From Antedon mediterranea (taxonomy: Eukaryota; Animalia; Echinodermata), in the NCBI RefSeq assembly GCF_964355755.1, contig NC_092675.1, forward strand, positions 9,047,812 through 9,111,811: 64,000 nt of DNA. Direction: 5' to 3'. Below the pieces are notes generated by a model, which was not told where the DNA came from, made no database searches, and worked only from the letters and a program-made list of their open reading frames with translations. Positions 39,501 through 54,500 of this stretch are shown one piece after another. The translations under genes and the position numbers were made by a program. Numbering within the stretch: the stretch's first letter is position 1; the number at the start of each line of letters is the position of its first letter.

Positions 39501-42500
39501 AAACTGTACAGACTGTATATCTATAATTAGAAGGTTATGAGATATGTTCCTGAATGATAGTAAAATCATAATGGCTTTGGGATTACTCAACTAGCAATCA
39601 TGTTTCCAACTTATAGGAAGTACTGATGAAAAATATTAGAATGTAGAATTGTTTTTTTTATTTGATTCCAGGTGGACAATGCTCTTGATCTTCTAAACAT
39701 TGCGATAAGTGGTCAAATTAGGGTAAACATTTATGATTAAGATTTTTAAATGTTGTTTATTTTGAGTTACTAACAATATGAGTGTTTTAATTATTTTTAC
39801 CCTTTATGTCAACTACATTAAACAACAATATAATGATTAAAAGTAGCAAGCATTTTGTTCATGTTATTTCAGGGATTAGAACGAGTGTATGATGACCTGC
39901 AGACTTTATCGATGTTGGTATATGAATGCCAGACAAACACTGCACTGTCATTGTCTTATCTACAAAACATGTCAGATTTAGACAAGATAAAGCTTTTCAT
40001 GTCAAAGGTTGGAATTTTTTCTCTAAACTATGTATGCTGGTTAAATAAGTGACACCACATTTCTAAACTACAAAATAAATATTAAACTCGAATATATTGA
40101 TAATATTGAAATTTCATATTATTTCATGTAATATATTTATTTTCCAGTCAACTAATGATATGTTTGTCAAAAATTACCGCAAGTGGATTCTAAGTTTTGT
40201 AGACCAATGTGAAAAGCGTCAAAAAGGAAGACGAAATCAACTAACAAAAGAGTACCTGATAGACATTGCCAAAGTTAGTTTTTCCTAAATCACTTAAATC
40301 AACTAACAAAAGAGTACCTGATATACATGGCCAAAGTTAGTTTTTGCCAATCACTTAAATCAACTAACAAAAGAGTACTTGCTAGACATGGCCAAAGTTA
40401 GTTTTTGCCAATCACTTAAATCAACTAACAAAAGAGTACCTGATAGACATGGCCAAAGTTAGTTTCTGCCAATCACTTAAATCAACTAACAAAAGAGTAC
40501 CTGATAGACATGGCCAAAGTTAGTTTCTGCCAATCACTTAAATCAACTAACAAAAGAGTACCTGATAGACATGGCCAAAGTTAGTTTCTGCCAATCACTT
40601 AAATCAACTAACAAAAGAGTACCTGATAGACATGGCCAAAGTTAGTTTCTGCCAAATCACTTAAATCAATTAACAAAAGAGTACCTGATAGACATGGCCA
40701 AAGTTAGTTTCTGCCAAATCACTTAAATCAATTAACAAAAGAGTACCTGATAGACATGGCCAAAGTTAGTTTTTCCCAAATCACTTAAATTTTACATACG
40801 GGACAGACCAATAATTTAGGGGTTTTTAGATTTTATCACCTATTATAATTATTATAGAAACCGAGAAAGCAACAGCACTTCTCATTAACACAATACTATG
40901 TTTATTCTGCTTAAGTTTACGGACTTCTTTCTAATAAATAAAACTTGTTTGTTTCTAGGAGGATCTAACATTATGCAAATTGATTTTTGAAAATTCAAAA
41001 CCTGGGGTATGTAGAATTACATTGTTTAGTTAAAATGCAAGTATTCTGTAAACAAAAGATTTTACTATATTATTATTGTAGTGGAAGTCAGAAAGTGGTA
41101 ATATATTCTTTTTTTTTATTTTTCTAGGTTTCCAATCCAATTATCAGTGATTCAGCATTTTTGATAGAAGCAATTTTATGTACACTGTATGCTTGTGAAA
41201 GAACTGACCAGCTGAATATTGCCATACAGATTGCTCACTGTATACCCACCAAGCTAAAGTAAGCATGTTCAAGCCTAACTAAGGAGACATTTTAGAATGT
41301 GTCCTGCCAATTGCCCTTTTAATGTTGCAGATGAGCCAAGAACAATACATGCTTTGAACCTATTTAATTCACATATACCACTTCTAACTGCAAAAAAACA
41401 ATATTCATTTAATCAAATTTAATGTTATCTTTTCATTTTAATCCATATATCCAATCCAATTTACTTCAAATAACAAATAAAATACTAATTATATACACAA
41501 GCACAACACACTATGCTTGGATTGGAACTTACACGACTATTCCACTGTGTACTGTGTAAAAATATATATACATTTATATAGCAACTTTTATAATTTTGGG
41601 GTAGTAGTAGTAGTATTCATTTAGCTTGATAGAACAATCTTTAAAATTCAATGGTGTCCTTAATTTACAAATCCTCAAATAAAAGATTTTATTATACTTT
41701 CATTAGAAGAAGTAAGGGAAGTGACATTGATAAACTTGATAAGCACCTGGAGGCTCAAGAACTCCTCCAAAGACATGAAATTGAGAAGCCGCTACAATTT
41801 CTAAAGGAAACTGAAAAGAACAAAGAAGAAGCTAAGCTACTTATGATAAGGATGACAAGACTAGCAGCTAAAAGGTAGGTTACTATCATTAGGTATAAAC
41901 AAACGTATATGACTAAACACCAAAAATTAGTTTGAATTTTTGATGCAATGTATATTGTATCATACATTAGTGAATTTTTATGTATTGCTCCCTTCATTTA
42001 CTTTCTAAGTTTAGTACTTTTTTACCATTAAACAGGAGAATTTTACCAGATCAAAAAGAGTGGCATCAGTTGTTGGAAGATCTTCTAAATCTGCAGAGAA
42101 ATGTTTACAATTGTATAAAACAAGAGACATGCTATGAGGTAAAAAAAAAACCAAATATTAACTAACGATATTAAAATAAATTGACATTTTTTTTGCATGA
42201 TAATAATAATAATAAAACTTAAATGTCTCACGCTAAAAGGCCAGCAATTGAAAAAGGTGAGATTTTAGTGTGACATAAATTGCTTTTAGATATTTACACC
42301 GACGGATGGAAGCATGGTTCCAAACCAATGACGCTTACTGTTTTTGGAATGGATAAAACAAAATGGTCCATTTTGAGAGTGAACCCCTTTTTGTGTTTGG
42401 ACATGAAATGAGATTAAATCCTGCATATAAATTGGCGCAGATCCAGAAACTAGAATGGATATTTTGTTCCATTTTTCTTATTATTTTAATAATTCTTATA

Positions 42501-45500
42501 TCTTCACTAGATTTATGTGCAGGGTCTACTTGGTTCTAATCATCTACCAGTTATTAGGCTAGCAGGTGAAGTTATTAGTATAACCAGAGAAGGTCCCGAG
42601 AGCAGAGGCAGGATTGGTTATGAGCGCTCATCCAAATTGATTGTTGAAGCTGCCAGAGAGTACTTCAACTCATCTGCTAATCTGATGGACCCATCAATGG
42701 ATTTGGCAAGGTAAAGAACCTTTTTAGCACACGTACCTTCAACTAGGGGATCCTTGAAGAAAAACCTCTCTCACAATAGTTTCTGAGGCTTTTGTAGTGG
42801 TATTGTTTCTGCCATAAGAATTAGAATACGAATCTACAGCCACTTCCAGGATTTGAACCAAGAACACTGGGTTTGGCAAGTAAGAATTGGGAAGCTCTAA
42901 TAATGAGCAAGGAATACATTTCAGTAATAAAAACATGTAATAAATCTTGTATACAAAATATGTGGAAGGTAAAAGGTTTGGTTTAGATTGTATCATTCAA
43001 GTAGAATGATGAATGAATCAATGAATCAGTAATTGAATCAGTAATTTGTTATTATTAGGTCTTGTCTACAGTTAATAAAGGATATACCAGACATCATTCA
43101 ACAAGAACTAGACCTCGTGGCAGCACTCGCTTTACTTGATGATTTCAAAGTACCAATACTTCCATTGCAAGGTATGTACAGGCATGATAACAGAAAAATT
43201 GGGCCGGCCATTCCAATCCAGTATTTCACAAGAGAGACACTGTTTTGCTTTTTGCTGTTTTTATTTATTCTGGTTAAAATAAATGCAGGGAGGAATCACC
43301 AACTGAAAGGAAAGTGCCTTTTCTAGACCAGAATTTTCCGCAGATTAAAAATATGGTAATTGATCAGGATAGCAAGCGTTTTTGAGATATAAGGGGTCAA
43401 ATTTCAAAATTGACCAATTAAAACAATTCATTGTATCGGTACCATCCAAAAAACCATGTACCATACCCATGCACAGACGAAATGCGGTTAATTAGGTAAC
43501 AATAGGGAGGTTTCGCAACCTTACGAATACGATAACGAAAACGGATACATCATACATTTGTGAAACTTTTGAGCTGATCCCCATTTCATATTCATAAAGC
43601 GTATTCGTGTTGACGAATATCACCAGTCATATTAAACGAGTATAGTTTTTGATCTATTTTTCACATTTTGCATTTGAATCAGGAATGATTCATGATTATA
43701 ATATAATTATAGATTTATTGAAAGTAATTTACTAAAGTAATTTACTAAAATGCCAAGTCAATTTTGATAAATAGCAGTTTTTAAAGTCCTCACTCGCTTT
43801 GATGTTATGCTAGGCCTAGGCAGCCAAGCACCAAGCAACACGTACCTGCAAAATTTACCACAGTCATATTTTGGAAGCGCCTCAATATTTCGTTGCCATG
43901 CGAAACAGATTTTGTTATGGCTTACGAAAACGAATACGTGTGCGTGACGTATCCGTTTTCGTTATCGTATTCGTAAGGTTGCGAAACCTCTCTATTATGA
44001 CGCTCAACCAATACAGCGCTAAGTAATTCATTTTTCCGATGAACTGTCTATGGGCTTTTATTTTAAACCTCTGGAAGGAAATTTTATCAACAAGACAAAA
44101 AAATCGTATAAAACTTATTTTGTTTGCTTTTCAGTGCGTCTTTGTGAAAACTATTTGGACCTGGTAGCTGAGGCTTTACGGTCATCACCTAATGCTTACA
44201 AGGATTTAAGAAAGGTATTATCTAATATTATTTAATCTAAATCTTTGGGATACTGGGAAGCTAAGAGCCGAGAGAGCATAATAACTGCACGTCCGCGTAT
44301 TCTAAAACTGTCCTTGTATACAAATTGTAAGAATTTCCATTTATCATTCTCTCTAAAACTAGTGTTAGTTTTTGACAAAGGGAGGTATGGGAATATGATT
44401 GTCTTGGAATCAGAGGGGCTGAAATTGAATATATATAATAAATAATCAGTCAAAAGTAATAATTAATAACTACTACAGTCAACTCTCCCAATACCGGACT
44501 CTCCCAAAACCGGAATTCACGGAAAACCGGACTTTTTTGGAGGGCCCAATTTGTCCCTATTCTAAATGTACTGTAATTTATTATGAAAACCGGAATACCC
44601 AATTCCGGAATCCGGACAAATTATGAAGTACAAAACACGAAAATTAGCGTCTGAAAACCGGACTGACAGTTAAAAAACTCAAAAAATTTACGAAAACAAC
44701 GTAACATCGTCGTCGCTGACTCGGATTCAATACATTCGCAATGTACAAAAGCTTTTAACCATACCCTGGACCGGACCATGCATGAAGTGCGCAACGTTTC
44801 GCGGTACGATCAAATAATGTTGCCATGGAGCACTACACTGTGATTGACAGGTCAGTTCATTGTTAACCCACGAGGCGGCAATTGCTTTGTTGCGTATCGA
44901 ACTGCGGTGAAGCGCTATGTCTTAATGTCTATTGTTTTTAGCAGGGAGTTGTTAACAACTCCCTGTTTTTTAGCATATGAATTGTTTTTTAATAAAGTTC
45001 AATTTACATTCCACTTTGTGTCTTTGTTTTGTTTAAATTATTGTTAAATTCACAATTGCAATAGGACTTTAAAAAGGAATGTTTCACTAAAAATGTGCAT
45101 CATTATAAATTTGGAAATCATTATGGCAAAACGTAAACGGAATGAACTTGACTAGTGTTAATAAACTTTGAAATGTTACCAATTAATTTATTGTGTCATT
45201 ATTGCTTGGCTCGTTTATTGCTATCAAATTACGTCAAAATAAAGGAGCTTAAAAAACATGTGGTCTAAGTGTGTGTTTTTTGATTATGACACCTCTGCAC
45301 ATGCGCATCAATGCTGTTTTTATCACCCATGCTGCTGCTTGCTCGCGATAAACAATAAACGACCAAAATTATGTTCACCGTACGTACGTAGGCCTAGCCT
45401 TTTTGCCGCTAAAAACACATTGAGAAACAATAATTTACTACTGTAACATGTTTTATTGGTACGGTAAATAATGTAACTTTTAAAAAAGGTAAATTTAATT

Positions 45501-48500
45501 AGCTTAATATTAATAAAGTAGGCCTAGGCCTATCAGTATTTATTTAATTAAAACTAGCTTGACACAATCATAGCCTAGGCCTTCCCTACGCTAGACCGTA
45601 CCGGGCAGCATTCGGACCGGTGATTCAAAGCATTTTCAGTGACAACGTGATGACTTTAAAAATATGTTTTCAGGAGGAAACCGGACTTTCGAAAAACCGG
45701 AAAATATATGCCCGCCCAAGGGTGTCCGGTATTGGGAGAGTTGACTGTATTTTGAATTTTTTAACTTGGCATATACAAATTTCTTTTATGTTTAAATCAA
45801 ATTTATTTAATTTTAGTTAACAAAATTAGCAAAGTATCTTCGAGTTTGTGGCACAAATGAAATGGCGCGGAAAGGACAGGTGTTCAGTCTGATTGCCAAA
45901 ACGTCTATGAAGGTATGTTAAAATTATAACGAAATGTATGTATGCATGTCAATATATGTATGTCAATATATGTATGTCAATATATGTATGTCAATATATG
46001 TATGTCAATATATGTATAATGTCAATATATGTATGTCAATATATGTATGTCAATATATGTATGTCAATATATGTATGTCAATATATGTATAATGTCAATA
46101 TATGTATGTCAATATATGTATAATGTCAATATATGTATAATGTCAATATATGTATAATGTCAATATATGTATGTCAATATATGTATAATGTCAATATATG
46201 TATGTCAATATATGTATGTCAATATATGTATAATGTCAATATATGTATGTCAATATATGTATGTCAATATATGTATGTCAATATATGTATGTCAATATAT
46301 GTATAATGTCAATATATGTATAATGTCAATATATGTATGTCAATATATGTATGTCAATATATGTATGTCAATATATGTATAATGTCAATATATGTATGTC
46401 AATATATGTATGTCAATATATGTATAATGTCAATTATTATAAAGTTTACACATGCTTTATTCTATTTAAATTTCATGTTTATTTCAAAAAAATTCCCCAT
46501 TGAATAAACAATTCCCTCAAATAAAAATCCCCCCATAGAACATCATTTTGAATAACCGCTCCGCCACGTGCATATATTGTATTGCAACATATTTCTATTT
46601 GTGTTGTAGAATTGTAGATTGACCTGATCTACCATTTACAAAGCAATTTTTACTGTATTTTATTACTTATTGATATAATAATTGTGTTGTATTTTTTTTA
46701 TCTAGGGGGTATTTATTTGATATAAAAACCCTCCTGAACAATACATTCCTAAGGCATTTATTCAAATAAATATGGTACTGAAATCCTAATAAAGGAATTG
46801 ACAAAACCTATTATTTTTTAGGTGAAAGATTATAAATTAGCATACCAGGTGTGCAGTGAATTAGTAGCAGATAACTATAGTGATATATGGCCTGTTTGTA
46901 GGCAACTGGGAGAGGCTTCAGACTTCAAAGAACTGGATGCAAGGTCAGTGGATAAAATACAAAAACAAATTTGACAATAACTTACTTGAATCATTGTACT
47001 AATATTAGTTATATTAAGTAAGGCAAGGCCAGTCCTCTACAATGTATACAGATGTTCCATCATGAACAAGAACCATATACGATCTGCCTTAGCCACTTGT
47101 CACCAAGCCATCATATTTTATAACAACTTTCTTGAAATGTTAATCTGTTAATTACTCGTTCAGACTAACAACAAATTGTTCTATTATTAAAACAGATCTG
47201 ATCTGTTGGCATTTGCTGTGACTCATTGTGATCCTGACAACCTGTTGGATATTCTGCTATCAAAAACACAACTTGAAACACAGGTGAGCATTAAACATTT
47301 AGTCTGAAGTGCAATACATGGGTGGAACCAACAATAGAATGGTTTCTAATTATATTACATTGTAAAATAGAGAATGTGAACCAATTTTGTGTGGTTATAG
47401 ATTTTGTATGAACGCCTAGGAGATCTTGCAGAGAAGCAAGAAAGTGGAAATGAAGAGGTTGACATGGAAACATCAGTATGTTCACTTTTAGTTGTTATCA
47501 CTATATTCTTCTCAGATATATGGCCAGAACACATGACAATTTGACATGTACAATAAATACATTCAAACAAAGAAATGTGCAAAACACATTTTTAAACAAA
47601 TAACTGAGAATTTTAATAATTTTCATTCATAAAATAATATTAATCAAGAAAAAAAATATCACTTTTAGAATTCTGTTTGTAACATTAATATGGAACATAC
47701 AATAACATATAATAATTCCCAAATTCTCTATATCAGTACAGTAATACTAAGTATCAGAAGTTATCATTTCGTGATCATTACCTATATCTGTACTATTTAT
47801 TTCTGTGCTATTTACTTATGATACTGATTTTGATTCCTTAAGATTGTGCCCCCTGCAAGATTAGCCAAGTCCCTTCTTTCAAGCGTTAGCCACATGTCCT
47901 GGGGCAATGTCAAAGGTTGGATGCGGCCACTTATGCATCAGAAGAGTAGCATATGTAGTGGTACGGATCTTGATGGTAATCAGACCATGATAAAACAAGG
48001 ATGTCATCCATTCTATGAGGATGTTATCAAAGATGCTTTACTAGACAAGGTTAGAACGGTATAATTCAAATGTACAAAAGAAGTAGTGATATATACACTT
48101 TGATGATTTCTTAAGATAACTAACGTACATTTTAAAATGGTTTGTATTCATTTTTAGACATCCATACAGTATGATCGGTTTTTGACATCATCAAGTGATG
48201 CTTTCCCAAAGCTCTGGCAGCAGTCAATGCTGCGGGCAAGTTTGATGTCTGATGGCCAGACACCAACTCTTCCCGACAGTCAAGGTTGGTAACAAATGCC
48301 TTATATTTTATTAAGGTAATAGTGACACAGTATTGTGCTGGTTTCTTTCCAATTTAAATTTTGTTGTACAGCATTATGTACTCACTTACTAGTAAGTAAG
48401 CTCTAGAAATCTGGTAAATAAATAAATAAATAAGTGAAATTTCCATACAAATTGTACTATTATAACAAAAAATCTTGTTCAATTTGTTTCAAAAATTGTG

Positions 48501-51500
48501 TTCAATTACAGTGCTGCTTCAGCTTTGTTCAGAGTGGCTGCCATTAGATGCAACTCTTGCTCTGAGTTATTTACTGTCTCTTCCAAAGGTATCTTGATTC
48601 TATATTCTTAATATTTATATTAACCGTAATTGCTCGTTTTAATTACAAATTCTAGGTTAAACATTGTAATTTTTTTAATGAAAATTAATTATGAAAATTT
48701 AATAGTGCTGATATAGAATGATACAAATTAAAAAAACCAAACAAACTAAATATTTATATAGTACACTTTAGCAGAATTCGCCACTCTTTTTTTTCTATCA
48801 ACTTTACACACGGTTGATTAAATTCTGAATGTTAAAGTTCTTAATAGTATATTGTTGTTATTATTTATTACTATATATTAGAATTATACATATTTCATTT
48901 CATTTTTATTTTCATTATATTATTATTTACATTTTTACAGGCCACCGATGCTGAACAATGTCTCTGTGACCTTCCACATTCTGTCCTCTCTCTCCAACTG
49001 GCAGCCTACTACTATGCCCTCCACATCTATAGCTTCCAACATCCCTGGCAAGAGGCCTGCCTTGATCAGGTTTTCTCCAAAGCCCCATCGGATCTCATTC
49101 TGGAAGTTAGTGAAGGCAATCGCTCTCAAGGTGAAGGAGTTGACAAACTATATGAGCAACTAGACTGGTTCTTGAAGCTTTTAGCAGATGTTGTTCAGGC
49201 AGAGATGCTTAGAGGTCTTGGAAAAGGTTAATAAATACTGAAAACTTTAAAATGTATAGTACTGTATAGTGTTGTTGAAGCAATCAATATGTATATCACT
49301 ATACCTCATATAACTTAATAAAGTTTTTGCTTAATTCAGATGCGTTCATAATATCACATAATTTAATTCATATTTTTACAGGAGTTGATGTGGGTAGATT
49401 TAGTTCTGATGATGAATATAAACAAGAAACAATCCTAGGCCTTGTCATGTAAGTAACATCAATCTTTCAAATGGTTTTCTTTTTGGTTTTTACTATTGAA
49501 ATATTATTTCTATCTTGCATCATGGGTTGTTATGGTTTTTTTTTTGTAAATTTATTCTGTTTTCAAATTCACAGGACCCTAGAGGATGAAGTGTATAATA
49601 TAGCATTGTCTCTAGCTCATAGGTATAAGGTGTCAACTTGGGAGCTACATTGTACTTACCTAGAATTCCTGTTTACTGAAAGTGGGTAAGTACCATAGCA
49701 TGTACAGTATTCAGAGCATTAAACATGTTGGAAAAAGTTTTAATAATGATAGTGATTCAGAGTGGCCATAAATGTTTATGATTATATAATGTTAAACACT
49801 AAGAGAGCATAATAAGGTTAAAAATTAACAGTAAAGATGGCAAAATATATATAACTTATGCAAATTTTCTCCTTAAAATGCTTCTGGAGACTAATTGTTA
49901 TATGTATTTATGTAATCACATCACATTACAATTTTTTTCAGGCTTTCAATTGAAAAAGTAGAAGAAAAAATCCAAATCAAGGAAATCCTAGGCCCATTAC
50001 TGTCAAAACCTGAGGAGTTTCATGCCAGACTAACAAGCTCGGTCTACCCTACAATAGATGGCCGGGACCATTCTAAACTTCTCTATTACTTTGGCCTTCT
50101 TAGCAGATGTGGGGTCAATGAAAATGATGGAGTTAATCCTGATACTCAGTTGAAGCTACTTAAGAAACTAAGGGCCGCTGCTTCTGGTATATAAAATAAT
50201 CTTATTTTATCAATCGCGACCTTATGTCACATAATCAGAGTTTGCCTTGTAGAATATTATGCATGCTTATTGTGTTCTGAATAAATAAATTCTAAAGACG
50301 TCTAAAACTTGTTTGTAACACTGAATGGACATAAAACAAGGAATTTTACTCTAATTTTTTAAATTATTAATTACACATTTACATTCAACGGTAAATTGAT
50401 TTTGATTTGATAACTTTATTGTACAACCCCATGCATGCATGATATTTCAAAAGAATCTAGGAAATAGCAGAAACTAATCAAAGTCTAAACCCTGCTAAAG
50501 TATTCCCACATATACTGGGATAACAGTAGTTTTTTGAGTTCCTTAGAAAAGACATTCCTGTTCATTCTTGGTCGAAGAGGAAGTTTAATCCAAATAATGG
50601 TGCTGGCAAATGCAATTCTAAATTTCCCAGGATTAATGCGACAAACAGAAAATCATAATTAATTCTTGTGTTACATTTCAATGTTCAATAATATCGAAAT
50701 AATCACTTCACTTGTCAAATACACAAAACCTGACCAATGTGACCTGTATTTCTTAATACTTATTGATTCTCACTAAGCTACAGCGGAATTATTTTTAGCA
50801 ATAATCTTTGTACATTTCATAATATTATAAGTAGCTTATGGTAGTTGAATATTAATGTATATTATGTGTGATGTTTGTCTGTGTTCCCACCTGTAAGTGG
50901 TGAACATTGAGTTCACTGTTGGTTCACAAAATAAATAAATAAAATTATCCAATTAAATTAATATATTGTTTGTCTTGTAGGTTTAGATTATAAAGCACTC
51001 ATCGATTGTGATACAGACCCAATGGAAGTGATACAACCAGCACTCAACTCATCCAATGTACATGTGTTTGCCAAAAATGCATCAAAAATCCCAAAACCAG
51101 TAAGTTGTTTGCACATTGGTCATTTGTTGTCCATGTATTTATCTACATATCAAGCAGAAGATTTAGCATTAAGTCATCTCTATCAAATTATTACATTTTA
51201 CATTTCAGCATCATCTCTGGATAAGATGTATATATTGACTCCCAGCATAATTAAATTAATTTACTGACATCATTTTTGTTTTTAGGGAGGAGGTTTTCTT
51301 GATCCTGAAACTGTATTTGCTGCCCTCATTTTGAAATTGTTTTGGGAGGGTGACCAAGGGGTGAAAGAGACGCCACAGAGCATGGTAGAATGGCTTAAAC
51401 GTTTTGAAGTCGCTAAAGAATATTTTAATCGTGTGTCAACTAAAGAAGTTGTTAGTATTATTCGCAGTATTGTGTTTTCCAGGAAAAGTCTAGAAAAGGT

Positions 51501-54500
51501 ATTGACTTAAACATATGTATTGTTATATTGTTGTGATGATGTTTATGTCATTATATTTTGTATTTAAATAATTATTGTGGACATGTATTATTAATCAATT
51601 AGGAGGCTGATTATTATTGTATATAAATTATTTAATAACAAACCTGGATAAAACATATTCCAATGTTATGAGCCTAAAACATCTCTAAATATATAATGCA
51701 TCACATCTGATAATCTCTATTCCATTTATTTTGTACAAGTCATCAAAAGAATTTACCAAAAAGCAAAATGAATCACTGTCAAGTGACTCACAAAAGTGGA
51801 AAATTAAAAGAGATAAAAAAAAATATAATACAATTCTTAATAAATAACTTAAAATAAATTAATAGTTACAATTTTAAAATGCCTTAATAAGCTATTATAA
51901 TATAGATGCTAAGATATAATGAAAAAATATGTGATTCAGCAAGATCTTTTTTTTTTAATTGCTGAATGTAAACTAATAAAAACATTTCAAATGTTTGTTT
52001 AATTCTTACTTTACAGCTTGACAGGGAATGTCGAGAGAATATTATACGACGTGGAGTGAAGTGTATTCAGCAGCAGGGAGGTAAGAGGAAGGGGCAAGTT
52101 TCAACAGGTTTAGAAGAACATCAACAATCGATGAAACAATACTTGAAACACATTAGTAGTTTGCAAGATCCTTCAATACAAGCTCTTGTTACATCTGATA
52201 AGGTATTTTATTATATATTTCCTAATTAAAAATTTAAATATATTTATTTATTTATTCAGGTTTATATAGTAAAAACTTGCAGCCCGAAGGCTGAAATTGT
52301 TGATTTACAAAAATATATATATGGAAACACAAATATTAAAAAAAATATATATACAGTAATGTATACAAAACATTAAAAAATTTGAATAAGTCAGTTAAAA
52401 AATAAATATAGCTCTCTGGAGTGCATTGCATCTCATGATGTGTAAAAAATGTTCTATTTTGTTTCTAAATGGTAGAGTATTTTGTTCATATTATATTATA
52501 TAGCCTATGTAAATATGTGAACGTGATTGAAACTGCATCACAGGATTGCAATTGTTATATATCCTTGATCGGTGTTATTTTGACTGTAATTTTCATTTTT
52601 CATGCCCCTGTCATTAGAAATATAAAATCCACCAAATTCTCAAGAAGCATCTGCATTTTATTGTCTATAACTGTGTATACATTTTTTGATATAGAATAGG
52701 TAAAATATAAATAATCAGTGTTACACTTTTATTTCAATGCTATAATATTTGAACATGTTGTATATACATATTGAAGTGGAAGTAATTGTACTTAAGCTGA
52801 AAAAGCATTTTAAATAAAACATTCAATTACCTTTCACTTATATAATAGGCAGAAGCCAGATGAAATTATATCAACATATATAATTATATTGTTTTGTTTT
52901 TTATAAGGATGACGAAGTTGAATATGCTTTAGAATATGATTTGTCTGCTGGTGATGTAGACCAAGTAAGACATGATTCTGTTGCAATTATCCCAAAGCAG
53001 TTGTTGCATAATCAATTCCATTAAATTAAAGCACTTTATTTGAATAGTTTATCCAACAATCAATTGTTACAAATCAGATAAACATGAATATTTCTATCAA
53101 ATGTATTAGTACTATAGGCACTTTATATAATTTCAAGTTTTACCTGTTAAAATATTATTTTTTTTAATTTAAAATGAACTGGACATCAATTACAAACTGC
53201 TTTCTACCATTTAACATTGTTATCTTTCTGTTGTTCACAGCTTGCCATTCTTTTAAGGAACATGGTCCTTAATAAATTAGATGCTACAATTATTAATGAC
53301 ATAATTAAACTAATTGATTGGCAGAAACCAACCAGAATTGTATATCAAGAATCTTTGACATATTTACTCAACTTGTTAAGGTAATTTCTTTTTACATTTC
53401 AATAACTTCTACAATTTTTACACATTTAATGATGTGTTTCGTTACCATTTATTTGTTTGATATATTTCTGTAAAGTATGGGTTGACATTTGTGTTGATTT
53501 GTTTCTTAATTTTACTTTACTTGATTAGATATGTAAGCTTATAGCTTCTACTTTTCATCATTTTGTTTAGGTCAGGTCAGAACAATTGTGATATAACAGA
53601 TTACCAAGTCGATACCATTCATTACATAGACATCATTTGCCAATAAACTTCATTTAGTAAAGTCCTCATTTTGTTAAAGTCACCATGATAGTAACTTCTT
53701 TCATCTGGCTGTGATCGCTTTTTCCCAATTTTTAAAAACAAATATATCTAGGTTGGATGGTGGAAAACTTTGGCTAAACTCTAATGTTTATTTTTTATGT
53801 TACTATCAAATAGATTGTATTGATAGAAATATATGTATTTAAACTGAGAAATCTTCATTTTTTTGTATTAGGTGTTCCCATCCAAATGAATTTACTGAAG
53901 AGAAAGAAAACTATTCTACAAAACTTAGAAATATTCTAGATGCAGTAACAACTCATGAAGAGAATGGGTAAGAGCCATTATTATGTAGCTTTAACATCCA
54001 GAAGCAGATCCAGGATTTTGAAATAGGTGGGCACACACATCTTTGTAAGCCACAGAAAATAACGAATTAATTCCTAAATATTAACAACATGCAACAACAC
54101 AACAAGGTGGAAGCCCTGCTGTTTCATCGTAAACAAAAGCTTCAGCCACTCAGAGAGCGTATTTAATCTTTATAGCCAATCACAGTCAAGGATTCACAAA
54201 CTCTTGGTAAAAATTGTAGCAACCTAGCACCTTTCATTGGCCAGATTTTAAAAAATCTTTTGATATTTGAACCGATAGGTACCAAATATTACATGATTCA
54301 GGCTAGCGGTTTGTATAAAAAAGCAAAATAAAGAATAACGATTAAAAAACGAAAAAAATACAACCAGGGGTGAATCCCGCATATTGAAATAGGGGGCCCA
54401 GATCACACACTAAGTACATGAGCCACAGGCCGCCTACATGGTGAGGGCAGTGGTAAATGACACACCTAGATGGTCGGAAATGATAAATGGCACCTTCTGC

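Noticed and set aside
40234-40790. Possible CRISPR-like or tandem alternative-exon array
   Set aside because: No variable spacers, and the units contain a donor but no acceptor, so they are not cassette exons.
45938-46507. ORFs with repeating YVCQYMYVNIC peptides
   Set aside because: They are translations of the 14/17-bp intronic minisatellite.
48589-48940. Possible U12-type intron in NBAS (GTATCTTG)
   Set aside because: It does not match the GTATCCTT consensus and no TCCTTAAC branch site is visible.
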